A DNA stretch of 64,000 nucleotides from Phoronis australis. Its lineage: Eukaryota; Animalia; Phoronida. Within the stretch, counting starts at the first letter, position 1; each line of letters begins with the position of its first letter. The position numbers were made by a program, and so were the translations under genes. The notes below the pieces were generated by a model. That model was not told where the DNA came from, ran no database searches, and worked only from the letters and a program-made list of their open reading frames with translations. The stretch lies in the NCBI GenBank assembly GCA_002633005.1, contig NMRA01000057.1:1148595-1212594 (forward strand). The letters are read 5' to 3'. Of the stretch, positions 24,092-37,924 are shown piece after piece.

Positions 24092-26229
24092 TATCAGCAA
24101 GCAGACCAAGGCTAGTTGGCTGACAAAGACTCGGAAGCATCAGAGGCTAATTCTACTTTATTTCCGATCAGACAGCTTTAGTTTTATTCAAAACCTACGC
24201 GGCACTAATTAAGCAAAACTTGCAAACTTCAAACCGGAATAAATTAGGTTTGCGTCATAAAATTTTCTGGTCAATGAACTGTATTTGTTCCAATGGTTTA
24301 TCACGCGTAATCAGGCACAGTACTTACCGTACTAATAAAATAAAAACGCGAACCAAAAATAATGACTTTCACACATGGCGCACCATGGAACTCTAAGACA
24401 TCATGTACACGTGAAACCTTAATTTCTGAGATGATGCGAAATGAGTGTCTTTTCTAAAATTCAGCCAGTCTTTTGCAAAAAAAATTGTATATCACGGTAT
24501 GTAATGTATCTGAAATATTGCTGGAATATATAAGGAATTTATGCTCTTTCGTGACATTTCCATTTTACAGAGAACTTTTGACGATTCATGCATGTATGTT
24601 TTGGGGTTTTGGCTACGAACAAATCCCATTCACGGGCACATTTTCTCATGCAGCTCATCGTCGTACCACATTTGATTGGCTGATTGTTACCGTGAGTTTT
24701 CATTTAATGTCGGTCGAAACGCATAAAACTCATGTGAATGCTTTTGGCCACCTTGCATTGAGGCCGATGTTCTACGTACTGTGACGTAACGAGTGATGAC
24801 GTTCAAAACATATGCAAACTTTTCTATTGCATCCCATTCTCAAGATATGGCGGACTTCTGCTAATCTGGCGTTTTGTCCGAAACCTTGAAAAGCTAACAT
24901 CCGCCGCGCTGATTCCTGTGAACTTTTTTCCACATTGAACCGTGCATGGGATACCGTTTATGTGATAACACCTTTGTTTACCGTCATTCGTAGAATGACT
25001 GGATTATAAATACACTGTTTACATGTGCATTTTTGCACAATGACACAATTTTCATAGTGACGGGCACAAAGTTCATAGTTCACGCGTACCCCTGCTGAAA
25101 ATCTTCCTGATGCCCATCCGTTGATAACTGCAAAACGAAATTTCCACAGAATTTCAGGAGTTAACATTCACCGATCTCTTTGAAGCCTAAAAAACACCAT
25201 TCTTTGCAGTTCCGTTCTAAATATGTACATGAAATATCGGCAAAAGAACGACCGTTTTACTTAAAGTGAAACTTACTCGCTAATTCCTTATCTTTGTGAT
25301 TGCTTGGTCAAATTAGTTAGAAACACAACATATTGCGATAATTTGAATATGAAATATGTTGAAAATTGCCAAATGTTTTTATGACCAAGTTTTGTGTCGA
25401 GCATAATCCGCCGTAAGTCACTCATCTGTGTCCAGTTAGTATCGTCACGCATTGTTGGGTAATAACACTGCATGATGCAGGTGATGTGAGCCCCCAAGAT
25501 ACGTCATTAGTGCAAAGATCACCTACACCTGTATGTGCAGATTTTTTTTGTTTTCACATTTAAAAGTTGTCAGTGAGTACAACGGCACAATTGCTTAGCG
25601 CAGATGATGTTGAAATAGCATTATGTCGCTTAGCAGGGTTAGGAGCATGCCTTTACATCTTTAACCTTCGCACGGGCTTTCGTCAAGGTGCCTACCTGTT
25701 TGTAGGGGGCGCTAGTTGCGTGCAGTGGACATACCTAGCGGACAAGTCGACTATCCTGTCTAACAATATGTTTCGCGGTGACAAGCCAACTACATATAGT
25801 ATACAGTAATGTAAGTTCTTTCCAAGCACTTAAGTCCCACTTACGTTGACCAAGGAACACTTTAAGACCGATTTCGTAACGTTAAGTGATCTAAATCAAG
25901 GTTTACTTTTTTGCAAGTAAGGGCTGTTACTCATTTAAAGTATAGCAAGTATCATAGAGCAACTTTATCGTATTTATGTGGCTCCTGGGGGCTTGAGCTC
26001 AGTCCCTTTCAGGGGCACGACCAAATCGCCACTGACGTGCTGGTGTTTTAGAAAATTGTAATTGCCCTTCCACGCATTGCACATATGCTAGTGCTCATGC
26101 TAGGAGCGAAACTGTTACCATCTTTTCAACCACTGTCACCAGTGAAGCGTCACCAGTGAAGCGTCACCAGTGACGCCTGTTCCTTCCATCGACACATCTT
26201 TGGGTCTCTGGCCAAAGGTGCAAATGAGC

Positions 26230-26580
26230 ATACTCTAACATTATCTTTGGCTCCAGAAATTAACACAGTTTTCAGAAACTCTGAGTAACCTTTCGATATT
26301 CTCAAATTTCTCAAATCATTGTTTTTATTTTGCTCGATTCGCTCAAAAAATACATGTAGGTCCATCGTTGACTGACAAATAAAAAACTAGATTCTTATTC
26401 TTATTGTAATGTAATCTGGATGCAAGACTTGGGACTGGTCCAAACTGAACACTTTTCTAGTGAAACTCCAGACATACCCGTTCCACTTAAGTCCAGACAG
26501 TCCCGGAAAGCCTACTATTAAGTCAGCGGCACAGTCCGTACCACCTAGCTTAACAAGTATGTATGCAGATCTGCATATCC
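26230..26580 (-). pseudogene. Decayed V-set Ig-like exon
   Basis: Good acceptor gttttcactcacag. Across frameshifts it reads ILVKLGG/TVPLT, YVWSF, ERIE...NLRISK/VTQS. Confidence 0.35.
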
Positions 26581-27278
26581 CTGTGAGTGAAAACGACAGG
26601 AACATCTCGACTTAGACTTGATATGCACAGATGATTTCCAGTTTTAGCCGATCTCGAAAGTCACTGCACATTCATAATTCTTTGTTTGGAGATGCCATTT
26701 TGGTGGCTTTCTCTGGCTCTCTGGATTAATTCATCTTGATTTCATCGTTCGCTCGGTCACCGACACAGAGTAAATCTTCACGACAATCGATCGATGCCGT
26801 TCATTAAATTGCATGAACATGTGAGTCGACTAACCCTCATCAACAAAGCTTGCTTGTAATGTTGTATCTTTACTAAATTGTAATCAGCAGGCTTGAGAAC
26901 TTACACACTGTTTTTGTGTTATTGAATATGATATGATGATGCAGTGGCATGTAGACCTCTGTCCAATATCTTTTATCACCACATCAAAAGTAGATACAAG
27001 TGTTAAATGACAACTCCAAAGTAGCGGTAGCACAAGTATAACTTGGTTACTGAACAAAAATTGTGACCACGGTATTCAAAGATTATCGAATTCTACATAT
27101 TTAATGATTTTAAAAGTGCATATTTTGGACGTTGAATTCTTGTTCAAGAATTATAAGGACAAGCCCTTGTTCTGCAAGTATAAAATAAATGGCTTGCAGT
27201 GTAAAAGAATCCAGTTTAATACATTACCTTTTTGTGGTTTTACAAAATGGGAAATCCGAATTACAGACTTTCACTGAG

Positions 27279-28151
27279 ATTGTTCTGAACGCCNCCCCTC
27301 GACCCATCACCCCCTCGACCCACGACCCCTTCCACCCACGACCTGTGGCAATAGAAGTATCTGTGAGCGTTTTACATATTTCATAATCTTATTACGTCGC
27401 TGGGTGACTTTCCCAAGTGACATACCAACACAAGCGAGTCTGCGCTGAAGTCTGGTTATTAAAAACATGAAGCGTGAGAATGCTGAGTGGTCATGAATAG
27501 CGGATTGTGAGCGCGCTATCGTTGTCACGGAAATAGTTCCACGAGCGGCTATCAATGGATCAGTTCTGGTAAATTTAGGGAGAGAGTACGTTACGTGAAT
27601 GTACATAACTTCATATTGTTATTATTTGCCTTATATTGTATACTCGTTTACAGTATACTCCATAAAACGTTGAAATACCTTTTAGTTAACAGTTTGTTTT
27701 TTCAAACTGTATTTACCGATGAAATTACAGTTTTGTTGGTTCCTCGCACTCTTCGCGAAAGAGTTGAATCTGCAATCCACTGAAGGGCAGATGAGACCAT
27801 AACACTCTGCCAGGAAGGACATTTGTAACGGTGGTAGGTTTTTGATTTGATTTGGTGGCGTTGCTTTTTTCTATTTTTAGATTTCAAATTTGCTGAATCG
27901 ACTGCCTTAATTGCAAAAACAGGGAAAAGCCAGCCGAGCTCACGGCCCGACTCATTGGTCCTACACGTCGGCGCTTGTTCTATGTTCAGATTGAGTCAAG
28001 CTAGTGTAGACTGAGTCGAGGGGCTTGTGGGTCGGGGGTTGTGGGTCGAGGGAGTTTTGGGTTGTGGGTCGAGGGGGTTGCGAGTCGAAGGCGTCGTGGA
28101 TCGAGGGGATCGAGGGGTGTGGGAGATCGACTGAGGGGGTTTCAGAACAAT
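27279..28151. mobile_element. TIR element with inverted subterminal ~14-bp repeat arrays (MULE/foldback-like)
   Basis: attgttctgaa / ttcagaacaat termini. cccctcgaccca repeats on the left and tgggtcgagggg repeats on the right. No clear TSD. Confidence 0.65.
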
Positions 28152-28962
28152 ACCGAAAACTTCACTCTCACTAGTCACTTGTATTTGACATTAGCCAAAT
28201 GGTGTTTTAGATAGCTTGAGAGTTTGATCCAAATCTACAGATGTAGGATTCCTTCCAACTTGTTCAAATACGTACTCCTGCAACCAAAAATTATTTTCCG
28301 AACAGTACTTTTTCAGTTACCGGAGTCGGGAACTGAGCCACTTTTTTCTTTACTGCATCGTTGTTATCGCCTAAATCACAAGCAAGGTCCATATTCAGTG
28401 GGCATTTCTGGTAAAAATGAACGTTGTCATATAACTATAAGCTAATTTACAGTACCATCATTCCGGATTTGTAATCTAAAATAATTTTGCACAAGACTCA
28501 CCGAACAAAATTTTATGGCCAGTTGCATCACAGTTGTACATAAAAAGGTACGTTCACTACAACTTGTTGCCAAAAACCACTTCTACCATTCGAAAAAAAA
28601 CTCATAAGGTAGCTATCAATTTTGTAAATTATTGATTGAATTGAAGAAGTGTGACCTAATAAAGTAGGAGAAATCATAACCGTGGTGGTCATTCTGTATG
28701 ATGATGCGTTAATTTCTTTACACAGAACTTTGTTTCCTTATCTGATAGCACTTTTCAGCGAATTTTTTTGAAATCGAATCCCAGCAATTTTAGTAACACC
28801 CAGTCTTCCAAGTTGTTTGAAAACAGTACGCTTTCGATCCAAACTGCACTTGCTGCTTTACAATTCATTCTTAGACTCGAGAGTTGCACAAAATAAATAA
28901 ACTACGAATGTACTTGAAAGAACCTTCGGAGTTGATTGACGGGAGCTTGAGACCTGTTGAAA

Positions 28963-29195
28963 AGAGAGAGGGAGGGGGAGGGAGGGATAGAGAGGGAGAG
29001 AGAGGGAGAGAGAGAGAGAGGGAGAGAGAGAGTGAGATAGAGAGAGGGAGAGAGATAGAGNNNNNNNNNNNNNNNNNNNNNNNNNNNNNNNNNNNNNNNN
29101 NNNNNNNNNNNNNNNNNNNNNNNNNNNNNNNNNNNNNNNNNNNNNNNNNNNNNNNNNNNNNNNNNNNNNNNNNNNNNNNNNNNNNNNNNNAGAGA
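28963..29195. repeat. (GA)n-rich microsatellite running into gap 29061-29190
   Basis: Direct reading. Confidence 0.95.
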
Positions 29196-31271
29196 TAGTA
29201 TGGCAGGAATATTCCTATATGTGAGATAACTTATGTGTGTAGGAGTGCGTGTGCGCGTGTGTGCGTGTGTAATAAATTGACGCACAGATCGAATACTTTC
29301 TACTGCTTTCTGGGTTTACGTCCTATAATTGTGCAACTGATGTGGCGTAACATGTAATTCAGTTGCACAGATATTTTTTCGATCAGTAAAGTGGTTAAAA
29401 TCCGCAATATTTTATATGAAAACACCGAAATAACCCCAACATCAATTGTCAAATTACAACACTCGCAAACATTATCCGACGATATGTTAATAAGCTTATC
29501 TCGAGTTACGAGAATCTAGTGGTCGATAAATACTCCGGAGAAACAGGTCAACCAATCAAAGCCTTTTGAAATGATACGTACATGTACTATGGACAGCTGA
29601 TTCACTCGACAGTGTTGGTTGACAAGCATAATGATTTGCATTATGGGAAAAATTTGCAGAGGAATTGATTCGATCAATGAGTTACAACAGTCAGTTAGAG
29701 CTCCTTGGTTCGACTGACAGCTTGCACGCAAGCAAACCGTGCGTGTTGATGACAGACTCTTTGAATGCGGTGTTTTCCACGAAAATATCTATTAATCTCA
29801 TGCATCTTGCAGCATGCACAGCCAATAGTATTAAAAATAACATTTTTGTGTACTAGTGGTACAGGTAACCTCAAACATGAAAATCATCGGCAAACATGTT
29901 AACAATGATCGCGCGAAGTAGTGGGCAAGTGGACCAGTTTTGAAGATAATTTTCAGTTCATTTTTTGAAAGTTAGCATCTATGCAAATACACTAATATGC
30001 GTTTAATTTACGATAAATTCTAAGTAATATTTTGGTCGGTGGGTATAATTGAAGTCGACAACAATTGGGAATCGGACGTCAAATCCAAAAATGAAAATAA
30101 TCCCGAGATGTTCACCTCAAACGGGTCATGTCCACCGCAACTGGATCAATCTTGTTCAGAAAAGCTGGAGGTGACTGGACAAAAGGGTTCCATTATGCGG
30201 TGGTGTACATGTACAACACCTGAACACATCAAAAAGAAGCTCCCTCAATGAGCCAGAAAGTTATAGCTCATTGGTGGTATGCGCCTTCGTTATGTGAACA
30301 AGGTACATGTATGGTATGACACAAATATCACATGGAATATCGTCATGACATCTAGAGCTTCGCAAAACCGCACTGAAGAATATGGTTTCCAAAATGTTTT
30401 ATTTCAGAGTTTTAGGGAAGCCAATAGGTGGAATGCTAGAGACAACATCAGTATAAACAGCAAACTACAAGACATCACCTAACGAAGATCTAACATTACA
30501 TGTAATGGAAAAGCAACGATTTCAAACATTGCTAGTAAAACTAGAGAAATAACAAGTAAAACACAGTAAATTGTAATAACAATTAGAAAGTTCATCAAGC
30601 AAGTAACCATTGAACATCACACAAAGTAAAGATATCATGTGTGTAAAGAAAGCCCGGTTCACGAAAAACAAAATTAGTGTCAGGTTCTCAAAACAATACG
30701 CATTTTGCTGAAAACTGCAGAAAACAATACTTTTCAATATAGGATCACTATATTTCCTGCCTTCGCGACAGTGTGGAACCGTAATACGGTAAATCAGTTG
30801 GAATTTCGAAATAAATAACAAGCGAAACACATACAGTGAACCCTAATACCAACAAGCACTTTCATCAAACAACTAAAATCTGAACATTAGACATGTATAA
30901 ACGGAAGACATCAGGAAGTTTAATAAACACAAACCGGTTCACGAAAAAACAATGTCAGGTTCTCAAAACGATATACATTTTGCTGAATACTGTAGACAAT
31001 AATACTGTTTTAACATAGGAGAACTTTATTGTCTACTGTCGCGAGGGTTGCGGCACAGCAATACTGTAAATCAGCTGGAAAATGTCCAAATCAATATTAA
31101 CACGTTCACCAAGCAAGTAACCATTGCACACCAAATCAACAGGCAACTCAAATATTTTGCTGAGCATTGTAGTAAACAATAGTGATTCAACTTTGGTGTA
31201 CTTGGTTTTCTGCCTTCGCGACGGTTGGAATGTTCAAAATAAAGACTGGCACAGAGCGCGCCTCTGATTTT

Positions 31272-31357
31272 TTAACCGGTGGTAGAGATCATCGCCATCC
31301 CAACAAAGGCTGCGCCGAGTATGATTTTGCTTGGAGTATTGTCGCATCCAGCCGAAA
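31272..31357 (-). CDS. IgSF gene terminal exon, distal copy: GPI-anchor-like signal (V)SAGCDNTPSKIILGAAFVGMAMISTTG*
   Basis: Acceptor tttcctcttacag, phase 1. Small-residue triplet SAG, spacer, hydrophobic tail, stop. Confidence 0.7.
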
Positions 31358-32507
31358 CTGTAAGAGGAAATCAATGACATGTAAGCTAATTTGTACATGT
31401 AAGTCTTTGACTTAAATAGCTAGAATCAGACCAACCTAAGGTGTACTTTTCCATGTGAAGCCCACACTGCGTTCTCTGTTCGCGGTAAATCGTGAGGTAG
31501 TGTTAGGTGGGATAATATAAGGTGAATTCAAGTTATCTGAAGTCAACAAAGGGTGATCTGGCAAACATCTTAGAAGTGACGAAAGCGAAAGATTCGGGAC
31601 TGGAAACGACCCTGCATTCAAGACCTTCAAGTTTGATCTGGGACCTGAACCAAGATGAAAGGAACAAAAGGTTTTGGCAGCACGCAGGTCAGACTCTACG
31701 CAGAGGGTTAACTAAAACGGCACGGAGGTTTAATGGATAACGATAGATTGTGTTGATAGTGCCAGTGAAGGGTGGTTATAGCCAAAATTCAAGCTTTATT
31801 ACAGTTGTAGTGCATACCTCAAGCTTAGGTAAGATGTTTAATCTATCGAATGCACTGACGGGGAAGAACTCCCCTAAATATACCTGTGGCATGTGAACAA
31901 TGTTTAACTGTCAGCGATTAAGAAGCCAAAACTTGATAGACTTGCGGGTGAATTGCCACACGTGCATGGCTTCTAGTGTGCCCGGAAAGAAACTGGCACT
32001 GTGTTGTATTCGTGCGAACGTTTGAAAAGAGATGAAAACGAGACTGATCTATCTACCTGTCTTTTTTGGTCTTCATAAATGTGGGAGTTATGAAATGATT
32101 GAAGTGGAGTTACTTTGAGTAGATTGTGTTTGACGTTTCTGTAGTATACCACAACTTAGTTTTGTACAAGTTAGATATTCAACTTAATTTTGACAGTATT
32201 AGAGGAATTTATAACAGCTAAGGTTCCAATTTGAGTCATCTTAAGTACATGTAACTGAATGAATTGTGCATTTTGAAGGCTTATCTGGGTACAAAAAGGC
32301 AAATGTCTTCCCTACATTGTCCACTTAGATGTCCCATTATTGCACGGAATAGCGCAAGGCACGCGCGAAACGCCCAGTCGGTGTCCGTACGACCCGCGTG
32401 TATGGTTGGTACAACGGCATTATTATGATTTATGTCTGATATAACATCTAATAATATTGTGCATAATTCAGTAACGTCATCCAGAATTTTATTTATGTCA
32501 GACATAA

Positions 32508-33439
32508 GCCTTGGTCACAACCCGCCGTACGTGCAAGTGCGTGCTGTCTACGTGTAAAAACGTGGGGGAAATTTGGCGATCCGCACGTGGCAAGTACGGC
32601 CTCCGTGCGTTTTGGTGAATACTCAGGAGAACGCAGACACGACGTAGCACTTTTAGTGCATGCAGAACTTTCTCTGCGTGCAAGCTGCGTTCGCATTACA
32701 GATTCACGGCAGTACGTGTGACGTGCGTGCCCTGCACAGCCAACGACCCCACAACGCACTGACGCCGTGAGTCTTTAAAACTTTCTCAACGGTCCCTTTG
32801 CCTGTGGATGGCGCACTTGGCACTTGCGTGCTGCGCACGTGAATCGCGCGTGGCCGGTACTTAGCCCGCACTTCCCAAATTCTACTATGCAACGAAAACG
32901 CTTAACGCACGTGCACCGTACTGACTAAGTACGTGCTCCGCACGTACCACGCGCGTTGTGTTCGCTGATTTTTGTGGTCTATATAAAGACGAACCGACGG
33001 ACGAATGTGTTCATTTCGTCTGCAAAATGCCGAAGAGGAAGGGTTCATCTGCTGCTCAAAAGGCCACGGTTATGGCTCAACAGAAACGTGCCGCAGAAGA
33101 AGAGAGGAGGAGGGAAGAATTAGATGGCGAGACCAGAGATTCTGATAAAGAAGAGGATGTTGATAGAGAATTGGAGAGGGAGCCACATGAAGAAGAGGGT
33201 TCCAAGGGCAACTGCTTATTCGCGGCAAAAACAGAGGAACGCCTGGTTGAGTTTTTCTCTGCAAACTCGATCTTTTATGATAAGTGCCATCCACATTACC
33301 ATAACCAGCAAAAGAAAGATAAATTGCTGGACGAGATAGCCAAAGAACTTAACACAAGCAGTAAGTACCCCATTTTCAACTAGTTCATGTGTAAATTTTA
33401 TTTCAGGAGAAACATGCATACTTTCACACACACACACAN
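32508..33439 (+). mobile_element. PIF/Harbinger-type element, left part (cut at an n)
   Basis: Starts gccttggtcacaacc directly after TAA. The paralogous site at about 38742 is empty. GC-rich cacgtg-rich subterminal region, and it carries a MADF exon. Confidence 0.75.
33027..33360 (+). CDS. MADF/Myb-SANT-like DNA-binding protein exon 1 (Harbinger ORF)
   Basis: MPKRK... EERLVEFFSANSIFYDKCHPHYHNQQKKDKLLDEIAKELN. TATATAAAG at 32980, TCATTT at 33011, donor gtaagt at 33361. Confidence 0.8.
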
Positions 33440-36122
33440 TCGATATTTTGTTCTCTGGCTCGTATTTATTTTCGAGTACGATTTCAAGCACACTGCCATA
33501 CCAAACTTGAAATTTGAGCATAGACTCCAAATTTTTACTCAAAATCGTACTCGAAATATAGATGAGATACACTTCAGTTCGAGTACACTCGAAAACTGAG
33601 TACGTGCTCGAAATTTCGAGTACAGATTTTTCGAGTATGACATTGAATACACCAAAGCTGAGTCTGTACTCGAGTTGAGTATGAAGTGTGAGTTTGAGCA
33701 TGATTCGAGTCTGAGTACGGAGATTGGAGACCGGGCCCAGATGTGACTAATTGCACATCACAGCAAAATGTGATGAGCCACCATTGTCGAATATATCTTC
33801 AACTCGTCAACAATATAAGCAGATGACCTGGTTCGTGTAGAAAGCATTGTCAAAAATTTACAAGAAGAAACGTAACCCTGCGGCATTCACCATAATGCCT
33901 AATCCGTACCACTACGATCGCGGCAATTTGGTAATTATTTACTTTTTATGTTTCGAACCTAGTTTTCGTCAGACAATTCTTTGGTGCATTAACTTGTTCT
34001 CTAATGCATTTTTCTACGTCTCTGTGGTTAATTATCGACACATTTTTAAGATTTAATATCCACGTTGGACTCGAAAGATCGGCTATTTAACTCACGCAAT
34101 GTCAACTTCCGCTTTGTTTATCGCAGTGAGCCTCGCTTTGGATTTTAATGTCCTTCGCGTGAATTTGATCTTTAATTCAATAAATAAATTATCTATCATT
34201 GTTTCCCAATTGTAAATCATCAATTTCCTGCTTGAATGGGAGTAACGTGTGGTCGGTATGATTTGACTTGGACATTAAACTCAGTACTGTAACCAGTGGT
34301 AACCTACTTTAGCAAACGATATTTTCTCGGTGGGAGCTTAGCATAAAATGTGTAGTAAGGTAGAGTACGTAGTCGCTTTAAATAAAAATTATTTCACAGA
34401 TTCACTTTAAGTCTATGTTGTTTCAATTTTATATGGTTTTAAGTAAAAACGTCATTTTAACAAGAAAAAGTCGACGTTTCTTGAAAGGTCACGGTGACTC
34501 CCCTCTGGCGATAATTCTCAAAATCAACTCGGATTCTAGAATACTAGGGATAAAGACTTCGCCATGTAAATAATCTAAATTAATTCCTTGGGTAGAATAC
34601 TGAAAAATTTGTTTGAGTATTCCAAAGCAGAAATTATATTTTCTACCAAAATTTTCTCATAATGCAGGACTTGTTGATGAAATGTGTTTTTCACGATTAT
34701 CAACTAAAATATCATATGTAGTTTACTGCATGCAGAGCCATTATTTTTAAAAATATTATTTTGTGAACTAGAGCGACAGGTAACCTACATGTGAACATGA
34801 AAATCATCGGCGAACATGTTTACAATGATATCGCGAAGGAGTGGAAAAGTGGACGATACGATTCTTGAAGGAAAGATAATCTCCAGTTCAGTTTTGGAAA
34901 ATTGTCTAGTACTCAATTTCACTAATATGCGCTTAATTTATGATAAATTCTACGTAATATTTTAGTAAGTGCATATACAGGTAGTCGAGACCGACTACAA
35001 TTAGGAATCAGACGTCAAATCCTAAAAATAAAACAGAAAACAATCTCGCAATGTTCATTTCAAATATGTAGATGCACCGCAGCTTGGATCAATCTTTGAT
35101 AGATTTTGAAGAAAAACCCGGAGGTGACTAGGCAAAGCGTTCCATTATGCAAACGTGTGCAATGTACATTACATGAATTTGTGCACGCTCAGAAAGAAGC
35201 CTCCTTGTATCCATGAGCTGCAACATTATAGCTCGCTGGTTGTACATACCTTCGTTACATGCACAACGTATTATCCGGATATCCTACGGAATGTTTTCAT
35301 GAAATTTCCAGCTGAAAGGAACATTAACAAGAAAAACACTCACAGTAAATTGTAATAACAATTAAGACGTTCATCAAGCAAGCAACCTTTGAATATCATA
35401 CAAAGGAAAAATATCGCGTGTGTAAAAAAGCTCGGTCAATGAAAAACAATGACATGTTCATAAAACAATACGCATTTTGCTCAACTTTGTAGAAAATAAT
35501 ACTCTTTAATGTAACATACATGTACGAGTAGGCCTACTTTATTTCCTGCCGTCGCGACAGTTGCAGTACTGTAATACGGAAAATCGCTTGGAATTCCCAA
35601 ATGAATAACAAGCAAAACAGATACAATAAATCCGAACAACAACACGTTCATCAAACAAGTAAAAACTCAACATTCTATAAACGAAAGATATCACGTGTGT
35701 AAAAAACATAATCCAGTCCGGCATATGTTAGGTTCTCAAAACAATATGCATTTTCCTGAACACTATAGAAAATAATACTTGTTAACATACATGTACAAGT
35801 GCTTAATTGTAAATCAGTTGGAATGCCTAAAATAACAAGCAAGACAAAGTAAATTCTAATAACAAATAAAACGTTCATCAAACTAGTAACCATTGAACAT
35901 CATCAGTCATGGAAAAATTAAAATCCAGTTACAGAAAAACACGTGATGGGTTAAGAAATCAACACGCAACTCGAACATTTTGCTGAGCATTGTAGAAAAG
36001 AATACTGTTTAACATTGGTGTACTTTGATTTCTGCCCTTGCAACGAATAAGATACAGTAAATCAGATGGAATGTTCAACAATAAAGATTGGCAGCGAGCC
36101 CGCCTCTGATATCTTCGAAGTA

Positions 36123-36208
36123 TCAACCGGTGGTAGAGATCATCGCCATCACAGCAAAGGCTGCGCCGAGTAAGATTTTGCTTGGAATATCGTCACATCC
36201 AGCTGACA
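36123..36208 (-). CDS. IgSF gene terminal exon, proximal copy: (V)SAGCDDIPSKILLGAAFAVMAMISTTG*
   Basis: Acceptor ctcttcttccag, phase 1. Same length and stop position as the 31272-31357 copy. Confidence 0.75.
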
Positions 36209-36805
36209 CTGGAAGAAGAGGTCAATCGCATGTACACGTACGCTTATTTATAAAATTTTGACAGAAATAGTTGGAATCAGACCAACTTAAGGTGTACTTT
36301 TCCCAGGTAAAGATCAGATTGCTTTCTCTGTTTGAAGTGAATCTTGAGGTGGTGTTAACTAGAATCATAAACGGTGAACTCCAGTAATCCAAAATCAATG
36401 ATGCGTGATCATAGGTGTTCGTTTTTACAAAGACCACTGGTTGGACAAGGTTAGAAGTGACGAAAGTGAGAGATTAGGGACTGGATACGAACTTACAGTA
36501 TGGTGTAAAGACATTCTAGTTTCACCAGGGACCTGAACAAGGATTTGATGGAATGAAACATTTTGACAGCGTGCAGATTAGACTGCACACGCAAAGGTCG
36601 ATCTAAGGAGATACTGAAGTTTCGTGTATAAGGATAGAATGTGTTGCCAGTCCCAGTGTGGGTCAAAGTTCATGTTTTGCTACTACATGTATCTTCTGCT
36701 AATGTCCAGCTTAGGTAAGATGTTTAATCTATTGAATGCAATGGCGGGGAAGAACTCCCCTAAATACNGATTGGCAGCGAGCCCGCCTCTGATATCTTCG
36801 AAGTA

Positions 36806-36891
36806 TCAACCGGTGGTAGAGATCATCGCCACCACAGCAAAGGCTGCGCCGAGTAAGATTTTGCTTGGAATATCGTCACATCCAGCTGACA
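36806..36891 (-). CDS. Third GPI-signal exon copy (V)SAGCDDIPSKILLGAAFAVVAMISTTG*, possibly an allelic assembly duplicate
   Basis: Lies in a near-identical ~680-bp duplication (36086-36767 / 36769-37455) joined by a single n. Confidence 0.55.
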
Positions 36892-37924
36892 CTGGAAGAA
36901 GAGGTCAATCGCATGTACACGTACGCTTATTTATAAAATTTTGACCGACTGAAATAGTTGGAATCAGACCAACTTAAGGTGTACTTTTCCCAGGTAAAGA
37001 TCAAATTGCTTTCACTGTTTGAAGTGAATCTTGAGGTGGTGTTAACTGGGATCATAAACGGTGAACTCCAGTAATCCAAAATCAATGAGGCGTGATCTTA
37101 GGTGTTCGTTTTTACAAAGACCACGGGTTGGACAAGGTTAGAAGTGACGAAAGTGAGAGATTAGGGACTGGATACGAACTTACAGTGTGGTGTAAAGACA
37201 TTCTAGTTTCATCAGGGACCTGAACAAGGATTTGATGGAATGAAACATTTTGACAGCGTGCAGATTAGACTGCACACGCAAAGGTCGATCTAAGGAGATA
37301 CTGAGGTTTCGTGTACAAGGAGGATAGAATGTGTTGCCAGTCCCAGTGTGGGGTGGTCAAAGTTCATGTTTTGCTACTATCTACTGCTAATGTCCAGCTT
37401 AGGTAAGATGTTTAATCTATTGAATGCACTGGCGGGGAAGAACTCCCCTAAATACATGTACTGTATGCCTATGGGATGTGAATGATGTTTAACTGTCAGT
37501 GATTAAGAAGTCAAAACTTGATAACCTTGCAGGTAAACTGCCCGGGCTTGCTGATCAATTTTAACGAGATTAGTAAGACCGTTTGGCAATGATGTTGTCC
37601 AGTGGTCACTGTTGTATGGCTCCTAATGCGCCCGAAAAGACGCTGCCGCTGTATTGCATTCGTGTGAACTTTGAAAGGAGATAAAAATTAATAAATTCAC
37701 CTGTTTTCGTTTGTTCTTCATGAATGTGGAAGTTATGAAATGAATGAAGGGTGTAGACTGCATTTGATGCAGCTGTTCCGATATCTATTACAACTTAGTT
37801 TTGGACAAATCAGATATTCAACTTCATTTTGAAGGCGTCAGACGAATGTAGCTACATGTAAAAGGTTCTAATTTGAGTTACCAGAAGTACATGGAACTGA
37901 ATGAATTGTACATTTTGAAGGCTT

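Noticed and set aside
26133-26173. gtcaccagtga(agc) repeated three times
   Set aside because: Simple slippage repeat without spacers; not CRISPR-like, and the DNA is eukaryotic.
31436-31645. Minus-strand ORF upstream of the distal GPI exon
   Set aside because: The frame is broken by indels in the paralogous copies, and no domain was recognised.
31818-31883. 66-nt minus-strand exon candidate VYLGEFFPVSAFDRLNILPKLE
   Set aside because: It is open only in phase 0, which is incompatible with the phase-1 gene, and its donor is missing in the paralogous copies.
36086-37455. Third GPI exon as a real extra alternative exon
   Set aside because: The near-identical copies are joined by a single n, which is probably an allelic assembly artefact until long reads say otherwise.
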